Numbered from the stretch's first letter, positions 18,287-29,084 are shown. The stretch: 64,000 nucleotides of DNA from Bacteroidales bacterium (GCA_012519425.1 JAAYQF010000011.1:10658-74657); one strand, 5' to 3'. Translations and numbers: made by a program. The notes: generated by a model not told the origin, from the letters alone.

Positions 18287-18832
18287 CTACGCTTCAACGT
18301 AAAATTTTTCCGGAAAACGGGCTTGTACGTCCTTGTAAAATGCCCGGATATATTTTAAATCAGCCTTTCCATCTCCCGTTGGAACAAAGATTTCTGTTAT
18401 TCCCATTTCTTTGCTTTTATAATCCATATAAGCCAATTGGATGGGAACATTAGCCTTTACGGCAATGTGGTAAAATCCCATTTTCCATTCCTTTACCAAA
18501 GAACGTGTGCCTTCGGGCGTAATGGCAATGTGGAAAAAATCAGATTGCCTGAATCTTTCAGCTACCTGATCAGTTGTAGCTGTTTTTTTATTTCTCTCAA
18601 TGGGTATACCTCCCATGGCACCAAAAATTAAGTTGAACGGAAAAACGAACCATGATTTTTTAATCATAAAGGACAATTTCCTTTTCAATGCCCAGCAACT
18701 TAACTTTCCTATTACAAAATCCCAATTGCTCGTGTGTGGCGCAAGGCATATTACACTTTTGGGAGGCTCTTCTACCGTAATTTTTAGCGTCCATCCTGCC
18801 ATTCGCAGTATCCAACGACTAAGCTTCTGCAT
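18287..18832 (-). CDS. 1-acyl-sn-glycerol-3-phosphate acyltransferase family
   Basis: APHTSNWD (HxxxxD) and ITPEGTRS motifs. Confidence 0.92.
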   Translation of the reverse strand: MQKLSRWILRMAGWTLKITVEEPPKSVICLAPHTSNWDFVIGKLSCWALKRKLSFMIKKSWFVFPFNLIFGAMGGIPIERNKKTATTDQVAERFRQSDFFHIAITPEGTRSLVKEWKMGFYHIAVKANVPIQLAYMDYKSKEMGITEIFVPTGDGKADLKYIRAFYKDVQARFPEKFYVEA

Positions 18833-18854
18833 TTCATCTACATTGAATTGAGTG

Positions 18855-18926
18855 CAAAGCTACAATTTTTTGTTGATAACTCGCCTGCAGACAAGCCAAA
18901 AAACTGTCAGTTTATTTGTATTTTTG
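18855..18926. promoter_or_regulatory. Divergent -7 boxes (acyltransferase on minus, uvrD on plus)
   Basis: TAGCTTTG on minus at 18855-18862; TATTTTTG on plus at 18919-18926. Confidence 0.6.
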
Positions 18927-18947
18927 TAAGTTGAAAAATTAAGATGT

Positions 18948-21308
18948 ATGAGGTTTTTAGATGAATTGAATGACAATCAGCGAAAAGCAGTTGAATTTGT
19001 TGATGGAGCTTCGCTGGTCATTGCAGGTGCCGGGTCGGGAAAAACACGTGTGCTGACATATAAAATTGCCTACCTGTTGAAAAAGGGCTTTGCCCCGTCT
19101 TCAATATTGGCGTTGACATTCACGAATAAAGCAGCCCGCGAAATGAAAAGCAGGATCGCCGATTTGGTGGGAGAGCGGATGGCGCGCTACCTGTGGATGG
19201 GGACCTTTCACTCAATATTTTCAAGGATATTAAGATCTGAAGCCGGTACAATAGGATTCACCAGTAATTTTAGCATTTACGATACTGCTGATTCCCATTC
19301 TTTAATCAAATCTATTATCAAAGGATTAAATTTAGATGATAAAATTTACAGACCCGGATTGGTTCAAAACCGTATTTCAACAGCAAAAAATAATTTGATT
19401 ACTCCCGGAGCCTATGCTTCTAATGCTGATTTGCTGAATGCCGACAAATATGCCCGTGTGCCACGCATGCAAGAGATATACAGGATTTACACTGAAAAAT
19501 GCAAGCAGTCCGATGCCATGGATTTTGATGATTTATTGCTGCAAACCAATATATTATTCCGAGATCATCCCGAGATATTGCAAAGATATCGCGAACGATT
19601 TAATTTTATCCTGGTCGATGAATATCAGGATACTAATTACGCTCAATATTTGATAATTAGAAGGCTTTCCGAAGGGCATGAGCGAATTTGTGTGGTGGGA
19701 GATGATTCACAAAGTATCTATTCTTTCAGGGGGGCTAATATTGATAATATCCTTCAGTTCAAAAATAATTATCAATCGGCACAAGTATTCAAGTTAGAAC
19801 GCAACTATCGTTCTACCAAGATGATAGTCAACGCAGCAAACAGCCTGATTGACAAAAATAAAAATCGGATTCCCAAAGAAGTTTATACAGAAAATCAAGA
19901 TGGGGAGAAAATCAAGGTATTGCAACTCTATTCTGATTTTGAAGAGGCTGCCGTCGTTTCTGAGTACGTTATAGAGTTAAAAGAGTCGGAAGAGTATGCA
20001 TATAAGGATATTGCAATTTTGTATCGCACCAATGCGCAATCGCGTGTATTGGAAGACCAAATGCGCAAGGGGGGAATTTCTTACAGAATTTATGGCGGAC
20101 TTTCTTTCTATCAGCGCAAAGAGATTAAAGATGTGATCGCTTACTGTCGTTTAATATGCAACCCTGCCGATGAAGAAGCACTCAAGCGTTGTATCAACAC
20201 GCCTGCCCGGGGGATTGGAGAAACTACGGTGAATAAAGTTTTAGAAACAGCTGCGCTGCACGGTGTCACTGCCTGGGAAGTGATGGGCGACATACTGAAG
20301 TATAACTTACCTGTTCACTCCGGAACAGCGAACAAATTGACTGATTTTAGGGGGATGATTTCAACTTTTATGGAGCAAAAAGATGTGCTGGATGCTTATC
20401 AATTGGTTGATTCTGTAATCAAAACCACGGGAATGATCAGGGATACCTATACGGATAATTCTCCGGAAAGTATCAGCAGACGCGAAAATATTGAGGAGTT
20501 GGTGAATGCCATTCGGGAGTTTTGTGAAATAAAAACAAATGCAGGTGAACAGGCTTCCTTAGTAGATTTTTTGGCTGAAGTTTCATTGCTGACCGATCAG
20601 GATACGGATAAGAATGCTGATGAAGATAAAGTTACTTTGATGACGGTACATGCTGCTAAAGGGCTGGAGTTCAAGGTGGTGTTTGTGGTGGGTATGGAGG
20701 AAGAATTATTTCCGTCGGCTTTTTCCATGGATAGTGCCCGTGAGTTGGAAGAGGAAAGACGGTTGTTTTATGTGGCAATTACCAGGGCAGAAGAGCGTTG
20801 CTTTATTACCTATGCTAAATCTCGTTTTAGAAACGGACAGTTGAATTTTGTCAATCCCAGCCGTTTCATCAAAGATATTGATTCCAAGTTTTTAGATTTT
20901 CCGGTGCAGCAAACTATTCCATCATCGTCCAATTTTGTGGATGAGGAAATAGAAAATTTCTCAGGATTCAGAAATGCAGGAACCCGGTTTACACGTACTT
21001 CCACCCGCACTTATTATCCAAAGAAGCAAACGGAAGAAAAACCTGTTTACTACGATACTCTCAATCCTGCCCGCAAGCTTACTAAGTTGGAAAGCTCGCC
21101 TACAATTTCTTCAACAAATGCAGATTTAAATGAAACGTTTACACCCACTATTCCTGTGGGAAAATTTGTGAAGCATTCCATGTTTGGTATAGGAAAAGTG
21201 CTCTCAGTCAGTATGTCAGGAGCCAATGAAAAAGCGGAAATCGACTTTGGAGAAAAAGGAGTGAAAACCTTGCTGCTGAAGTTTGCAAAATTGGAGGTTC
21301 TGGATTAA
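18948..21308 (+). CDS. uvrD: UvrD/PcrA ATP-dependent DNA helicase
   Basis: AGAGSGKT, DEYQD, NYRST, TVHAAKGLEF, EERRLFYVAITRA, C-terminal Tudor-like domain. Confidence 0.96.
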   Translation: MRFLDELNDNQRKAVEFVDGASLVIAGAGSGKTRVLTYKIAYLLKKGFAPSSILALTFTNKAAREMKSRIADLVGERMARYLWMGTFHSIFSRILRSEAGTIGFTSNFSIYDTADSHSLIKSIIKGLNLDDKIYRPGLVQNRISTAKNNLITPGAYASNADLLNADKYARVPRMQEIYRIYTEKCKQSDAMDFDDLLLQTNILFRDHPEILQRYRERFNFILVDEYQDTNYAQYLIIRRLSEGHERICVVGDDSQSIYSFRGANIDNILQFKNNYQSAQVFKLERNYRSTKMIVNAANSLIDKNKNRIPKEVYTENQDGEKIKVLQLYSDFEEAAVVSEYVIELKESEEYAYKDIAILYRTNAQSRVLEDQMRKGGISYRIYGGLSFYQRKEIKDVIAYCRLICNPADEEALKRCINTPARGIGETTVNKVLETAALHGVTAWEVMGDILKYNLPVHSGTANKLTDFRGMISTFMEQKDVLDAYQLVDSVIKTTGMIRDTYTDNSPESISRRENIEELVNAIREFCEIKTNAGEQASLVDFLAEVSLLTDQDTDKNADEDKVTLMTVHAAKGLEFKVVFVVGMEEELFPSAFSMDSARELEEERRLFYVAITRAEERCFITYAKSRFRNGQLNFVNPSRFIKDIDSKFLDFPVQQTIPSSSNFVDEEIENFSGFRNAGTRFTRTSTRTYYPKKQTEEKPVYYDTLNPARKLTKLESSPTISSTNADLNETFTPTIPVGKFVKHSMFGIGKVLSVSMSGANEKAEIDFGEKGVKTLLLKFAKLEVLD

Positions 21309-21364
21309 AAGTATTATCACATAAAAAGTTTATCTACCTTTGTGCCCGGAAAATTAAATTACAT

Positions 21365-21946
21365 GTGATGAAGAAATTCCTTTTGGTATTGGTTGGTGTT
21401 CTATTTACTTTTACTGTTTCTTCCCAAGAAGAGAAAAAGAATTTATACAGTGGTGGAATGTTGATCCTTCAACCCGGTATGACCATTACTTCCAATGAAC
21501 ATCAGGATATTAGACATATGAGCACGGCAGTGGGAGGTATTTTGCGTTTATATTTTTGTAATTATCTAACAGCTGGTTTGTATGGAGGAAGCCAAAAGAC
21601 AAACTATCCTACGGCAGGCTCAAAAAACTCCTACTTTAATCTTGGATACGGTGGTGTATTCTTCGGATATAGCCAACAAATCCATAAGTTTAGATATACG
21701 GCCTCATTGTATGCAGGCATGGGTGCTATCAGTAATTTGCATGTCAGTAGTCAGGCTGAAAACAACTTGACAGATGCCGATCTCTATAAGGTTTCTACTT
21801 TTTTATATTCGCCTATTTTCAGTGTTGATTACGCGTTGACCAGAAGAATTTACGCGACTTGTCAAGTAGTGTGTCTGACCGGGAAATACAATGCATCCCG
21901 GTTTTATAATCCGGTGTTTCAACTGGGATTATTGTTTAGCAGATAA
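21365..21946 (+). CDS. Hypothetical outer-membrane beta-barrel protein
   Basis: Signal peptide, beta-strand pattern, terminal FQLGLLF; own -7 box TACCTTTG at 21335-21342. Confidence 0.65.
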   Translation: MMKKFLLVLVGVLFTFTVSSQEEKKNLYSGGMLILQPGMTITSNEHQDIRHMSTAVGGILRLYFCNYLTAGLYGGSQKTNYPTAGSKNSYFNLGYGGVFFGYSQQIHKFRYTASLYAGMGAISNLHVSSQAENNLTDADLYKVSTFLYSPIFSVDYALTRRIYATCQVVCLTGKYNASRFYNPVFQLGLLFSR

Positions 21947-22711
21947 ATTTGTGGCGGGTTGATCCAGTGTCTTTGCCACTAAACTTGCTATGGTCAGTCC
22001 GAATATAGCCGGAATATAAGAACTTGTGCCATTTAATCTGATTTTTTTGCTATCGGAGGTTTGATCAGAGGTGAAAGATGGATATACAGAGGGATCCAAG
22101 GCAGTCTGTTCTCCCTTGTTAGGATAGATTTCGTCGCTGTAAACGCATAGGAATTTTTTGCTGACTCCACCCTGTTTCTTTATTTTTGTTCGTAAAGCTG
22201 CAGCAAGCGGACAGCCGGTTACCTTCCAAAATTCTGCAACTTTTACCCGGCCCGGGTCTGTTTTTAAAGCTGCACCCATAGACGAAAAGAACACAGCATC
22301 GGTTTTGGTGGCCTCTTGGATCAAATGTACTTTATTGGATAAGCTGTCGATGGCATCAATGATGAAGTCGTAGTTTTGTAATTCGAAAGATGCGGCTGTT
22401 TCTGGTGTGTAAACGGCTTGCAAAGCAACTATTTCCGCTTGCGGATTGATGGCAGATAAACGTTCTTTCAAAACTTCAACTTTGATTTTTCCTACAGATT
22501 CAGTGGTTGCCATCAGTTGTCTGTTGATATTTGTTATGTTCACCACATCCGGATCTACAATGGTCAGACTACCTATTCCCATACGGATCAAAGCCTCGGC
22601 ACACCAACTGCCTACACCTCCGACTCCGAATAGAATAACACGTGCCGACCAAGCTCTATCTATAAAGTCTTTGCCAAACAATAATTCAGTTCGCTGAAAC
22701 ATTTCTTTCAT
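21929..22711 (-). CDS. tcdA: tRNA threonylcarbamoyladenosine dehydratase (ThiF/E1-like)
   Basis: GVGGVGSW, NINRQL, DAIDS, SSMGAA, CPLAAALR. A -7 box TATTTTTG at 22718-22725 argues for a start at 22711 or 22702. Confidence 0.9.
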   Translation of the reverse strand: MKEMFQRTELLFGKDFIDRAWSARVILFGVGGVGSWCAEALIRMGIGSLTIVDPDVVNITNINRQLMATTESVGKIKVEVLKERLSAINPQAEIVALQAVYTPETAASFELQNYDFIIDAIDSLSNKVHLIQEATKTDAVFFSSMGAALKTDPGRVKVAEFWKVTGCPLAAALRTKIKKQGGVSKKFLCVYSDEIYPNKGEQTALDPSVYPSFTSDQTSDSKKIRLNGTSSYIPAIFGLTIASLVAKTLDQPATNLSAKQ

Positions 22712-22833
22712 ACTTTGCAAAAATAACACTTTCATTTAAATCATCCGTTATCCTTCAATTACCTACTGCTCACCAACAATTCCCCATATCATAAAAATAT
22801 TGTAACTTTGTTGCCTGAAAAAAATAATTTTTT

Positions 22834-23376
22834 ATGTGTAAAACAGACCAACAATTCGACCAGGTTGCAGCAATTTGCAAGGAGATTTATTCGTCTAAAA
22901 TGAAGGATTACGGGGCTTCATGGCGCATCATGCGAACTCGTTCCGTCACTGATCAGATTTTTATCAAAGCCAATCGCATCCGCAGCATTGAAATTAAAGG
23001 TGTTTCAAAGGTAGATGAAGGAATACGTTCTGAATTGATTGGAATAGTGAATTATGGAATTATTGGACTGATCCAATTGGAATTGGGTGTGTCTGACGAT
23101 GATGATATCGGTCGTGAGAAAGCTTTGCAACTGTATGACAAGTATATGCAAAAAGCCAAAGACTTGATGATGAATAAGAACCACGATTATGATGAGGCCT
23201 GGCGATCTATGCGGATGGAGTCTTATACTGACTTGATTTTAATGAAAATCAACAGAACCAAAAAGATAGAGGATAATGATGGGGAAACCCTGATTTCGGA
23301 AGGTATAGATGCCAATTATCTGGATATGATCAACTACGCTGTTTTCGGCCTGATTAAAATGGAGGAATGTTCTTGA
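22834..23376 (+). CDS. DUF1599 domain protein
   Basis: Duplicated K..DYG.SWR / KNHDYDEAWR...DMINYAVF motifs; -7 box TAACTTTG at 22803-22810. Confidence 0.9.
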   Translation: MCKTDQQFDQVAAICKEIYSSKMKDYGASWRIMRTRSVTDQIFIKANRIRSIEIKGVSKVDEGIRSELIGIVNYGIIGLIQLELGVSDDDDIGREKALQLYDKYMQKAKDLMMNKNHDYDEAWRSMRMESYTDLILMKINRTKKIEDNDGETLISEGIDANYLDMINYAVFGLIKMEECS

Positions 23377-24527
23377 AAACCAAAAGAACGAAATATAGAA
23401 AATCTTCTAAATCAGCAAATTTGCTTGGGACAACCCAAATATTGCTGCATGCCAATCGAATTTTAATCGGGTTGCTCTTTGTCTTTTCAGGTTTTGTAAA
23501 AGCCGTTGATCCTTTAGGAACCGTCTATAAAATCGAAGATTATTTGATTGCATTTGACGGTTTTTTTGTTGGCCTGACGTTTTTGGCTTTTCCCGCTGCC
23601 ATTTGTTTGATTGCTTTAGAGCTTTTGATTGGATTGAATTTGCTGTTTAAAGTATGGCCTAAAATAACAAGTTGGATTGCCTTGGTGTTTATGTTGTTCA
23701 TGACCGCATTAACTTTGTACATCGCTATCTATAATCCGGTTTCAGATTGCGGATGTTTCGGTGATGCACTTGTCATCTCCAATTGGCAGACCTTCTTTAA
23801 AGATGTTGTACTGCTGATCATGATAATTATTCTGCTGTTTGGGAAGAAACAGCTTCGGCCAATCTATCAATCTGGCTTCGAATGGACCTTGGTCGTTCTT
23901 TTTGTCATAGTTGCATTTGGCTTTATGGCTTATAATCTGACACATTTGCCTGTCATTGATTTCAGACCTTATAAAACAGGTGTGAATATTCAGGAAGCTA
24001 TGAGATACCCGGAGGATGCACCGAGGGATGTGTATGAATACGTTTTTACCTACGAAAAGGATGGAATAAAGAGGGAGTTTTCTTTAGAAGAAATTCCTGA
24101 TAGTACCTGGACTTTTATTTCACAAGAAACTAAATTAATATCTGAGGGTTATCAGCCGCCCATACAGGATTTTGAGATCCTTACGGCAAGTTATGAAGAT
24201 CTGACGGATGAAATACTCGAATATCAGGGTGTTACCTACTTAATAATATCTTACGACCTGAGTTTGGCATCCGAAAAAAGTATGGAACGCATCAAATCTT
24301 TTGTGACGCATCAGAGACAGCAAGATCAGGATGTGAAAATATATGCATTGACAGCTTCTTCAACCGATGATATACAGGATTTTAAATTAAAATACGATCT
24401 TGATTTCCCTTTCTATACAACGGATCCCATTACACTTAAAACGATAATTCGGGCCAATCCCGGCGTCATGAAGCTGAAAGCCGGAACGATAAAAGGGAAA
24501 TGGAATTGGAGGCAGATTAAAAATTAA
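23367..24527 (+). CDS. BT_3928 family DoxX/MauE membrane protein with thioredoxin-like C-terminus
   Basis: SGFVKAVDPLG, DCGCFGDA, DFRPYKTG, KTIIRANPG. Confidence 0.88.
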   Translation: MFLKTKRTKYRKSSKSANLLGTTQILLHANRILIGLLFVFSGFVKAVDPLGTVYKIEDYLIAFDGFFVGLTFLAFPAAICLIALELLIGLNLLFKVWPKITSWIALVFMLFMTALTLYIAIYNPVSDCGCFGDALVISNWQTFFKDVVLLIMIIILLFGKKQLRPIYQSGFEWTLVVLFVIVAFGFMAYNLTHLPVIDFRPYKTGVNIQEAMRYPEDAPRDVYEYVFTYEKDGIKREFSLEEIPDSTWTFISQETKLISEGYQPPIQDFEILTASYEDLTDEILEYQGVTYLIISYDLSLASEKSMERIKSFVTHQRQQDQDVKIYALTASSTDDIQDFKLKYDLDFPFYTTDPITLKTIIRANPGVMKLKAGTIKGKWNWRQIKN

Positions 24528-24833
24528 GAACAAAGAACAAAGAACAAAGACAAAGACAAATTGTTTAATGTTTAGTGTTTAATTTTGTTGAATTGTTTAA
24601 TTGTTTAATCGTTTAATCGTTGAATTGTTGAATTGTTGAATTGAGAACAAAAAGTAAAGATAAAAAAACGATGAATGAAGAAGAACAAAGAGCAAAGAAC
24701 AAAGACAAAAGATGAATCAACTAAGAACGAAAAGTGAAGAACGATGAACAAAGAAGACCATGCGACCCCGTAACTTCTCTAACTTCTTTAACTTCTCTAA
24801 CTTCCAAAATATAACTTCAACACTAAAAACTAT
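24528..24833 (-). repeat. Mosaic short-tandem-repeat array A (inverted relative to B and C)
   Basis: (AGAACAA)n, (TGTTTAA)n, (ATTGTTGA)n, (AACTTCTCT)n; 24635-24675 is the exact reverse complement of 40830-40870. Confidence 0.9.
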
Positions 24834-24860
24834 TAACAATCAAATAAATTACAATCAATT

Positions 24861-25616
24861 ATGAGAAAAAACATTGTTGCAGGCAACTGGAAAATGAACA
24901 AAACCTTACAAGAGGGTTTAGCTTTAGCAAAAGAGTTGAATACCATATTGGCAAATGAAACTCCAAATTGTGATGTGGTCATTGGTACGCCTTTCATTCA
25001 TTTGGCAAGTGTGGCATCTGCAGTTGATGCCCATAAAATAGGTGTGGCTGCTCAGAATTGTGCAGACAAGGAATCCGGAGCATATACCGGTGAGGTTTCT
25101 GCTGCTATGGTTAAATCGACCGGAGCCGGCTACGTAATTTTGGGTCATTCCGAGCGTCGCACCTATTATGGCGAGACTGCCCAAACATTAAAGACCAAGG
25201 TTGAGCTGGCATTAAAAAACAATCTGATCCCGATTTTTTGCATTGGTGAAGTGTTGGAAGAAAGAGAGTCAAATGTACATTTCGAAGTGGTTAAATCACA
25301 AATCATTGACTCTTTGTTTGACTTGTCCGCCGAAGATTTTAGTAAAATTATTTTAGCGTACGAACCGGTGTGGGCTATTGGAACGGGTAAGACGGCGACG
25401 CCTGCACAAGCTCAGGAGATGCATGCATTCATTCGTCAGACTTTGGCTTCCAAATACGGAAAAGAAATAGCCAACAATTGCTCTATTCTTTATGGCGGAA
25501 GCTGCAACCCCGGTAATGCCAGGGAATTATTCTCAAATCCCGATGTGGACGGTGGCTTAATTGGAGGTGCTTCTCTGAAAGCAGCTGATTTCAAAGCCAT
25601 TATTGATGCTTTCTAA
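24861..25616 (+). CDS. tpiA: Triosephosphate isomerase
   Basis: [31 protein letters not shown]. Confidence 0.98.
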   Translation: MRKNIVAGNWKMNKTLQEGLALAKELNTILANETPNCDVVIGTPFIHLASVASAVDAHKIGVAAQNCADKESGAYTGEVSAAMVKSTGAGYVILGHSERRTYYGETAQTLKTKVELALKNNLIPIFCIGEVLEERESNVHFEVVKSQIIDSLFDLSAEDFSKIILAYEPVWAIGTGKTATPAQAQEMHAFIRQTLASKYGKEIANNCSILYGGSCNPGNARELFSNPDVDGGLIGGASLKAADFKAIIDAF

Positions 25617-25645
25617 AATCTTACGTCCGTCATCCGGGATCGACA

Positions 25646-27016
25646 ATGGCTAAAACTAAAAATGTCTATATCTGTCAGAATTGCGGCAATGACTCTCCCA
25701 AATGGATAGGAAAATGTCCCGTTTGTGGTGAGTGGAATTCTTATGTCGAAGAGATCATCAGCAAGGAGAGCAAACAAAGCGTTCAACTTGCAGGTATTCA
25801 GATGACAAAGGAAAAGCCGCAGTTGATTTCAGAAGTGGATACTACGGAAGAAATCAGGATTGATTCGGGGTCGGTTGAGCTGAACAGGGTGCTGGGAGGC
25901 GGATTGGTCGCGGGCTCGTTGGTACTGATTGGAGGTGAGCCGGGAATAGGTAAATCCACTTTGGTCTTACAAGTGGTCCTGAATATTAAATCCAGGAAGG
26001 TGCTGTATGTGTCGGGTGAAGAAAGCGTCAGGCAAATAAAGCTCAGGGCTAAGAGGCTCGGTTCGGAAGCTGACTCGGTATATGTTGTCAGTGAAACCTC
26101 TTTGGAAGAAATATTTGTGCACATTCAGAATATCCAACCGGATTTGGTGGTGATAGATTCCGTTCAGACGGTTTCGACAAGCACCATTGATTCGTCCCCC
26201 GGATCGGTTTCGCAGGTGCGCGAATGTGCTGCGGCATTACTGAAGTACTGCAAGATGTCGGCAACTCCGGTCATCCTTATTGGTCATATCAACAAAGAAG
26301 GGAGTATTGCCGGACCGAAAGTACTGGAGCATATTGTTGATACGGTCTTGCAGTTTGAAGGCGATCAGCACTATATGTATCGCATTTTACGGGCGATTAA
26401 AAATCGTTTTGGAAGTACTTCTGAATTGGGAATTTTTGAGATGCGTCACGATGGCTTGCGAGAAGTGCCCAATCCTTCTGAATTGTTGTTGTCGCAGCAT
26501 AACGAAGGATTGAGCGGTGTGGCCATTGCATCGGCAGTGGAGGGTATTCGTCCCTTCCTGATTGAAGTCCAGTCTTTGGTGAGTTCGGCTGCGTACGGAA
26601 TGCCTCAACGATCGAGTACCGGATTTGATCTACGCAGATTAAATATGTTGCTAGCTGTATTGGAAAAACGCGTAGGCTTTAAGTTGGCGCAAAAAGATGT
26701 TTTTCTCAACATAGCCGGAGGTATCAAAGTTAATGATCCGGCAATTGATTTGGCGGTGATCTCAGCCATTCTTTCTTCCAATGTCGATTTAGCCATCGAC
26801 AAAGGTGTTTGTGTGGCAGGAGAAGTAGGTCTGTCGGGCGAAATACGTCCCATCAATCGCATTGAACAACGCATCCGTGAAGCGGCAAAGCTTGGTTTTA
26901 CCAAAATGCTTATTCCGGATTTTGATTTGAAGAGTTTGAATGTAGGAAAATTAAATATGGAAATTATTCGCGTTAAGAGAGTAGAGGAAGCGTTTAAGAT
27001 ATTATTTAGAAAATAA
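25646..27016 (+). CDS. radA: DNA repair protein RadA/Sms
   Basis: C4 zinc finger, GEPGIGKST, KNRFG, Lon-like C-terminus. Confidence 0.97.
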   Translation: MAKTKNVYICQNCGNDSPKWIGKCPVCGEWNSYVEEIISKESKQSVQLAGIQMTKEKPQLISEVDTTEEIRIDSGSVELNRVLGGGLVAGSLVLIGGEPGIGKSTLVLQVVLNIKSRKVLYVSGEESVRQIKLRAKRLGSEADSVYVVSETSLEEIFVHIQNIQPDLVVIDSVQTVSTSTIDSSPGSVSQVRECAAALLKYCKMSATPVILIGHINKEGSIAGPKVLEHIVDTVLQFEGDQHYMYRILRAIKNRFGSTSELGIFEMRHDGLREVPNPSELLLSQHNEGLSGVAIASAVEGIRPFLIEVQSLVSSAAYGMPQRSSTGFDLRRLNMLLAVLEKRVGFKLAQKDVFLNIAGGIKVNDPAIDLAVISAILSSNVDLAIDKGVCVAGEVGLSGEIRPINRIEQRIREAAKLGFTKMLIPDFDLKSLNVGKLNMEIIRVKRVEEAFKILFRK

Positions 27017-27027
27017 TTTCGCATGAC

Positions 27028-27134
27028 GGCGGTTTCTCAAAGGTACCCAACTGCTGCGGTCTGAGTTCCGGGTTCCGCGGTGCGTGGTCGCGAGGTTGTT
27101 TTTTTAAGTTAAATATTGGTTTTGAGACGGCCTC
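27028..27134 (+). mobile_element. MITE-like element M1 with imperfect terminal IRs and an internal heptamer tract
   Basis: Left GGCGGTTTCTCAAA, right TTTTGAGACGGCCTC; internal AGTTCCG GGTTCCG CGGTGCG TGGTCGCG; colinear with the reverse complement of 30316-30440. Confidence 0.6.
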
Positions 27135-27320
27135 TTTGGTGTTTTTTTTAAAATTTTCTTATTTTTGGAGTCTGTATTCAAGTTTTTTTAGAAAAATATA
27201 TAATTGTTTATTGATATGAAACGAACATGAACTAATTTAATCATTCGCAGGGCGAAATAATTGATTAAATTAGTTCATCGAGAGTTCCATATGACAACTA
27301 AAAGAATAAATTATAATCAT

Positions 27321-29084
27321 ATGAAAGTAACACGCATTTTCGATTTGCTGGATAATTATTTGGAAAATTATCCAAACCAAGATGCTGCTTTAGCAAGTAA
27401 AAGAGGTGGACAGTGGAAAAAGATCAGCATACAACAATATGTTGAAACAGTGAATAACATCAGCTACGGTATGTTAAAGATGGGTGTAAAACCCGGTGAT
27501 AATATCGGAATCGTGAGTGGAAACCGTCCTGAATGGAACATGCTCGACATGGCCATTATGCAAGTGGGTGCTATTTCTATTCCTATTTATCCTACCGTCA
27601 GCCAGGATGATTATCGTTACATCCTCAATCATGCTGAAATGAAGATGATTTTCATTGAGGGGAAAGAGCTTCGTCGTAAACTTGAGCCGGTTATGCCGGA
27701 AATTAAAACCTTGAAAGATATTTTCTTATTTGATGAACAAGATGGAGAATATAAGTATTTAGATCAACTGATCCAATTGGGAATAGAAAATCCGAATGCC
27801 GAAAAATTGGCGAAGATAAAAGCCGGTATCAAAGGTGGAGATATGGCTACTATCATTTATACCTCCGGTACAACCGGTGATCCGAAAGGAGTCATGTTAT
27901 CACACAGCAACCTTATCAATCAGCTTGATAACCTGAAGATGACTCCTGCAAAATGGAGTAAAGTGGCATTGAGTTTCCTTCCTTTGTGTCATGCCTACGA
28001 ACGCATCCTGGTGTATCTGTATCAATACCTGGGAATGTCGGTCTATTATGCCGAAAATTTAGGTACTATTGCCGAAAACATCAAGGAAGTACAGCCGACC
28101 ATGATGACTGCCGTGCCGCGCGTATTAGAAAAAATATACGACAAGTTATTCCTTGCAGGTAAAAAACTACCTTTTATTCAGAAAAGAATTTATTATTGGG
28201 CTTTCAATCTGGCCAAGAAATATCAGTTGGAAGGTAACAGCTGGTGCTACAGGCAACAGTTAAAATTAGCCGATAAGCTGATTTACAGAAAATGGAGAGA
28301 AGCCCTGGGTGGTAATTTTGACATTGTGGTTTCAGGAGGTTCTTCTCTTCAGCCCCACATGGGTTCTTTCTTCTCAGCTATAGGTATGCCGGTCTTTGAA
28401 GGGTATGGTTTGAGTGAAACCTCTCCGGTAATTGCCGTTAGTCGACGTGGTAAACATGGAAGAAAATTTGGTACGGTAGGACCGCCACTCCCCGGTGTGG
28501 AAGTGAAATTAGGTGATCGTGATGAGATTTTGTGCCGTGGACATAATGTCATGCTTGGCTACTATCGCAATCCTGAACTAACTGCAGAAGTAATTGATGA
28601 AGACGGTTGGTTCCATACGGGAGATACCGGTAAATTTACTCCTGAAGGTCAATTGATTGTAACCGGACGTCTAAAGAGTATTTTTAAAACATCTTTTGGA
28701 AAATACATCAATCCTCAAGCTATTGAATCCAAGTTCACTGAATCACCTTTCATTGATAATATGATCGTGTTGGGAGAAAATAAAAAGTTTGCAGCTGCCC
28801 TTATTGCGCCGGATTTTGTATTCTTAAAATCATGGTGCGCAGCCAATGAAATTCCTTATTCAACAAATGTTGAAATGGTTCAAAATCCGGATGTCTTGAG
28901 ACGTTTTGATGAAGAAATAAAAAAATATAATGCTCTCTTTGGAGATTATGAACAAATAAAGCGCTGGCAACTGGTGACCGAAGAGTGGTCGCAATCTTCC
29001 GGATTCTTGTCTCCAACCTTAAAGATCAAACGAAATGTGTTGGGAGAGTTTTATGCCGAAAGAATTGAAAAATTGTTCTCGTAA
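27321..29084 (+). CDS. Long-chain fatty acid-CoA ligase (AMP-binding family)
   Basis: YTSGTTGDPKG, GYGLSET, GWFHTGD; start uncertain (27291 or 27321). Confidence 0.92.
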   Translation: MKVTRIFDLLDNYLENYPNQDAALASKRGGQWKKISIQQYVETVNNISYGMLKMGVKPGDNIGIVSGNRPEWNMLDMAIMQVGAISIPIYPTVSQDDYRYILNHAEMKMIFIEGKELRRKLEPVMPEIKTLKDIFLFDEQDGEYKYLDQLIQLGIENPNAEKLAKIKAGIKGGDMATIIYTSGTTGDPKGVMLSHSNLINQLDNLKMTPAKWSKVALSFLPLCHAYERILVYLYQYLGMSVYYAENLGTIAENIKEVQPTMMTAVPRVLEKIYDKLFLAGKKLPFIQKRIYYWAFNLAKKYQLEGNSWCYRQQLKLADKLIYRKWREALGGNFDIVVSGGSSLQPHMGSFFSAIGMPVFEGYGLSETSPVIAVSRRGKHGRKFGTVGPPLPGVEVKLGDRDEILCRGHNVMLGYYRNPELTAEVIDEDGWFHTGDTGKFTPEGQLIVTGRLKSIFKTSFGKYINPQAIESKFTESPFIDNMIVLGENKKFAAALIAPDFVFLKSWCAANEIPYSTNVEMVQNPDVLRRFDEEIKKYNALFGDYEQIKRWQLVTEEWSQSSGFLSPTLKIKRNVLGEFYAERIEKLFS

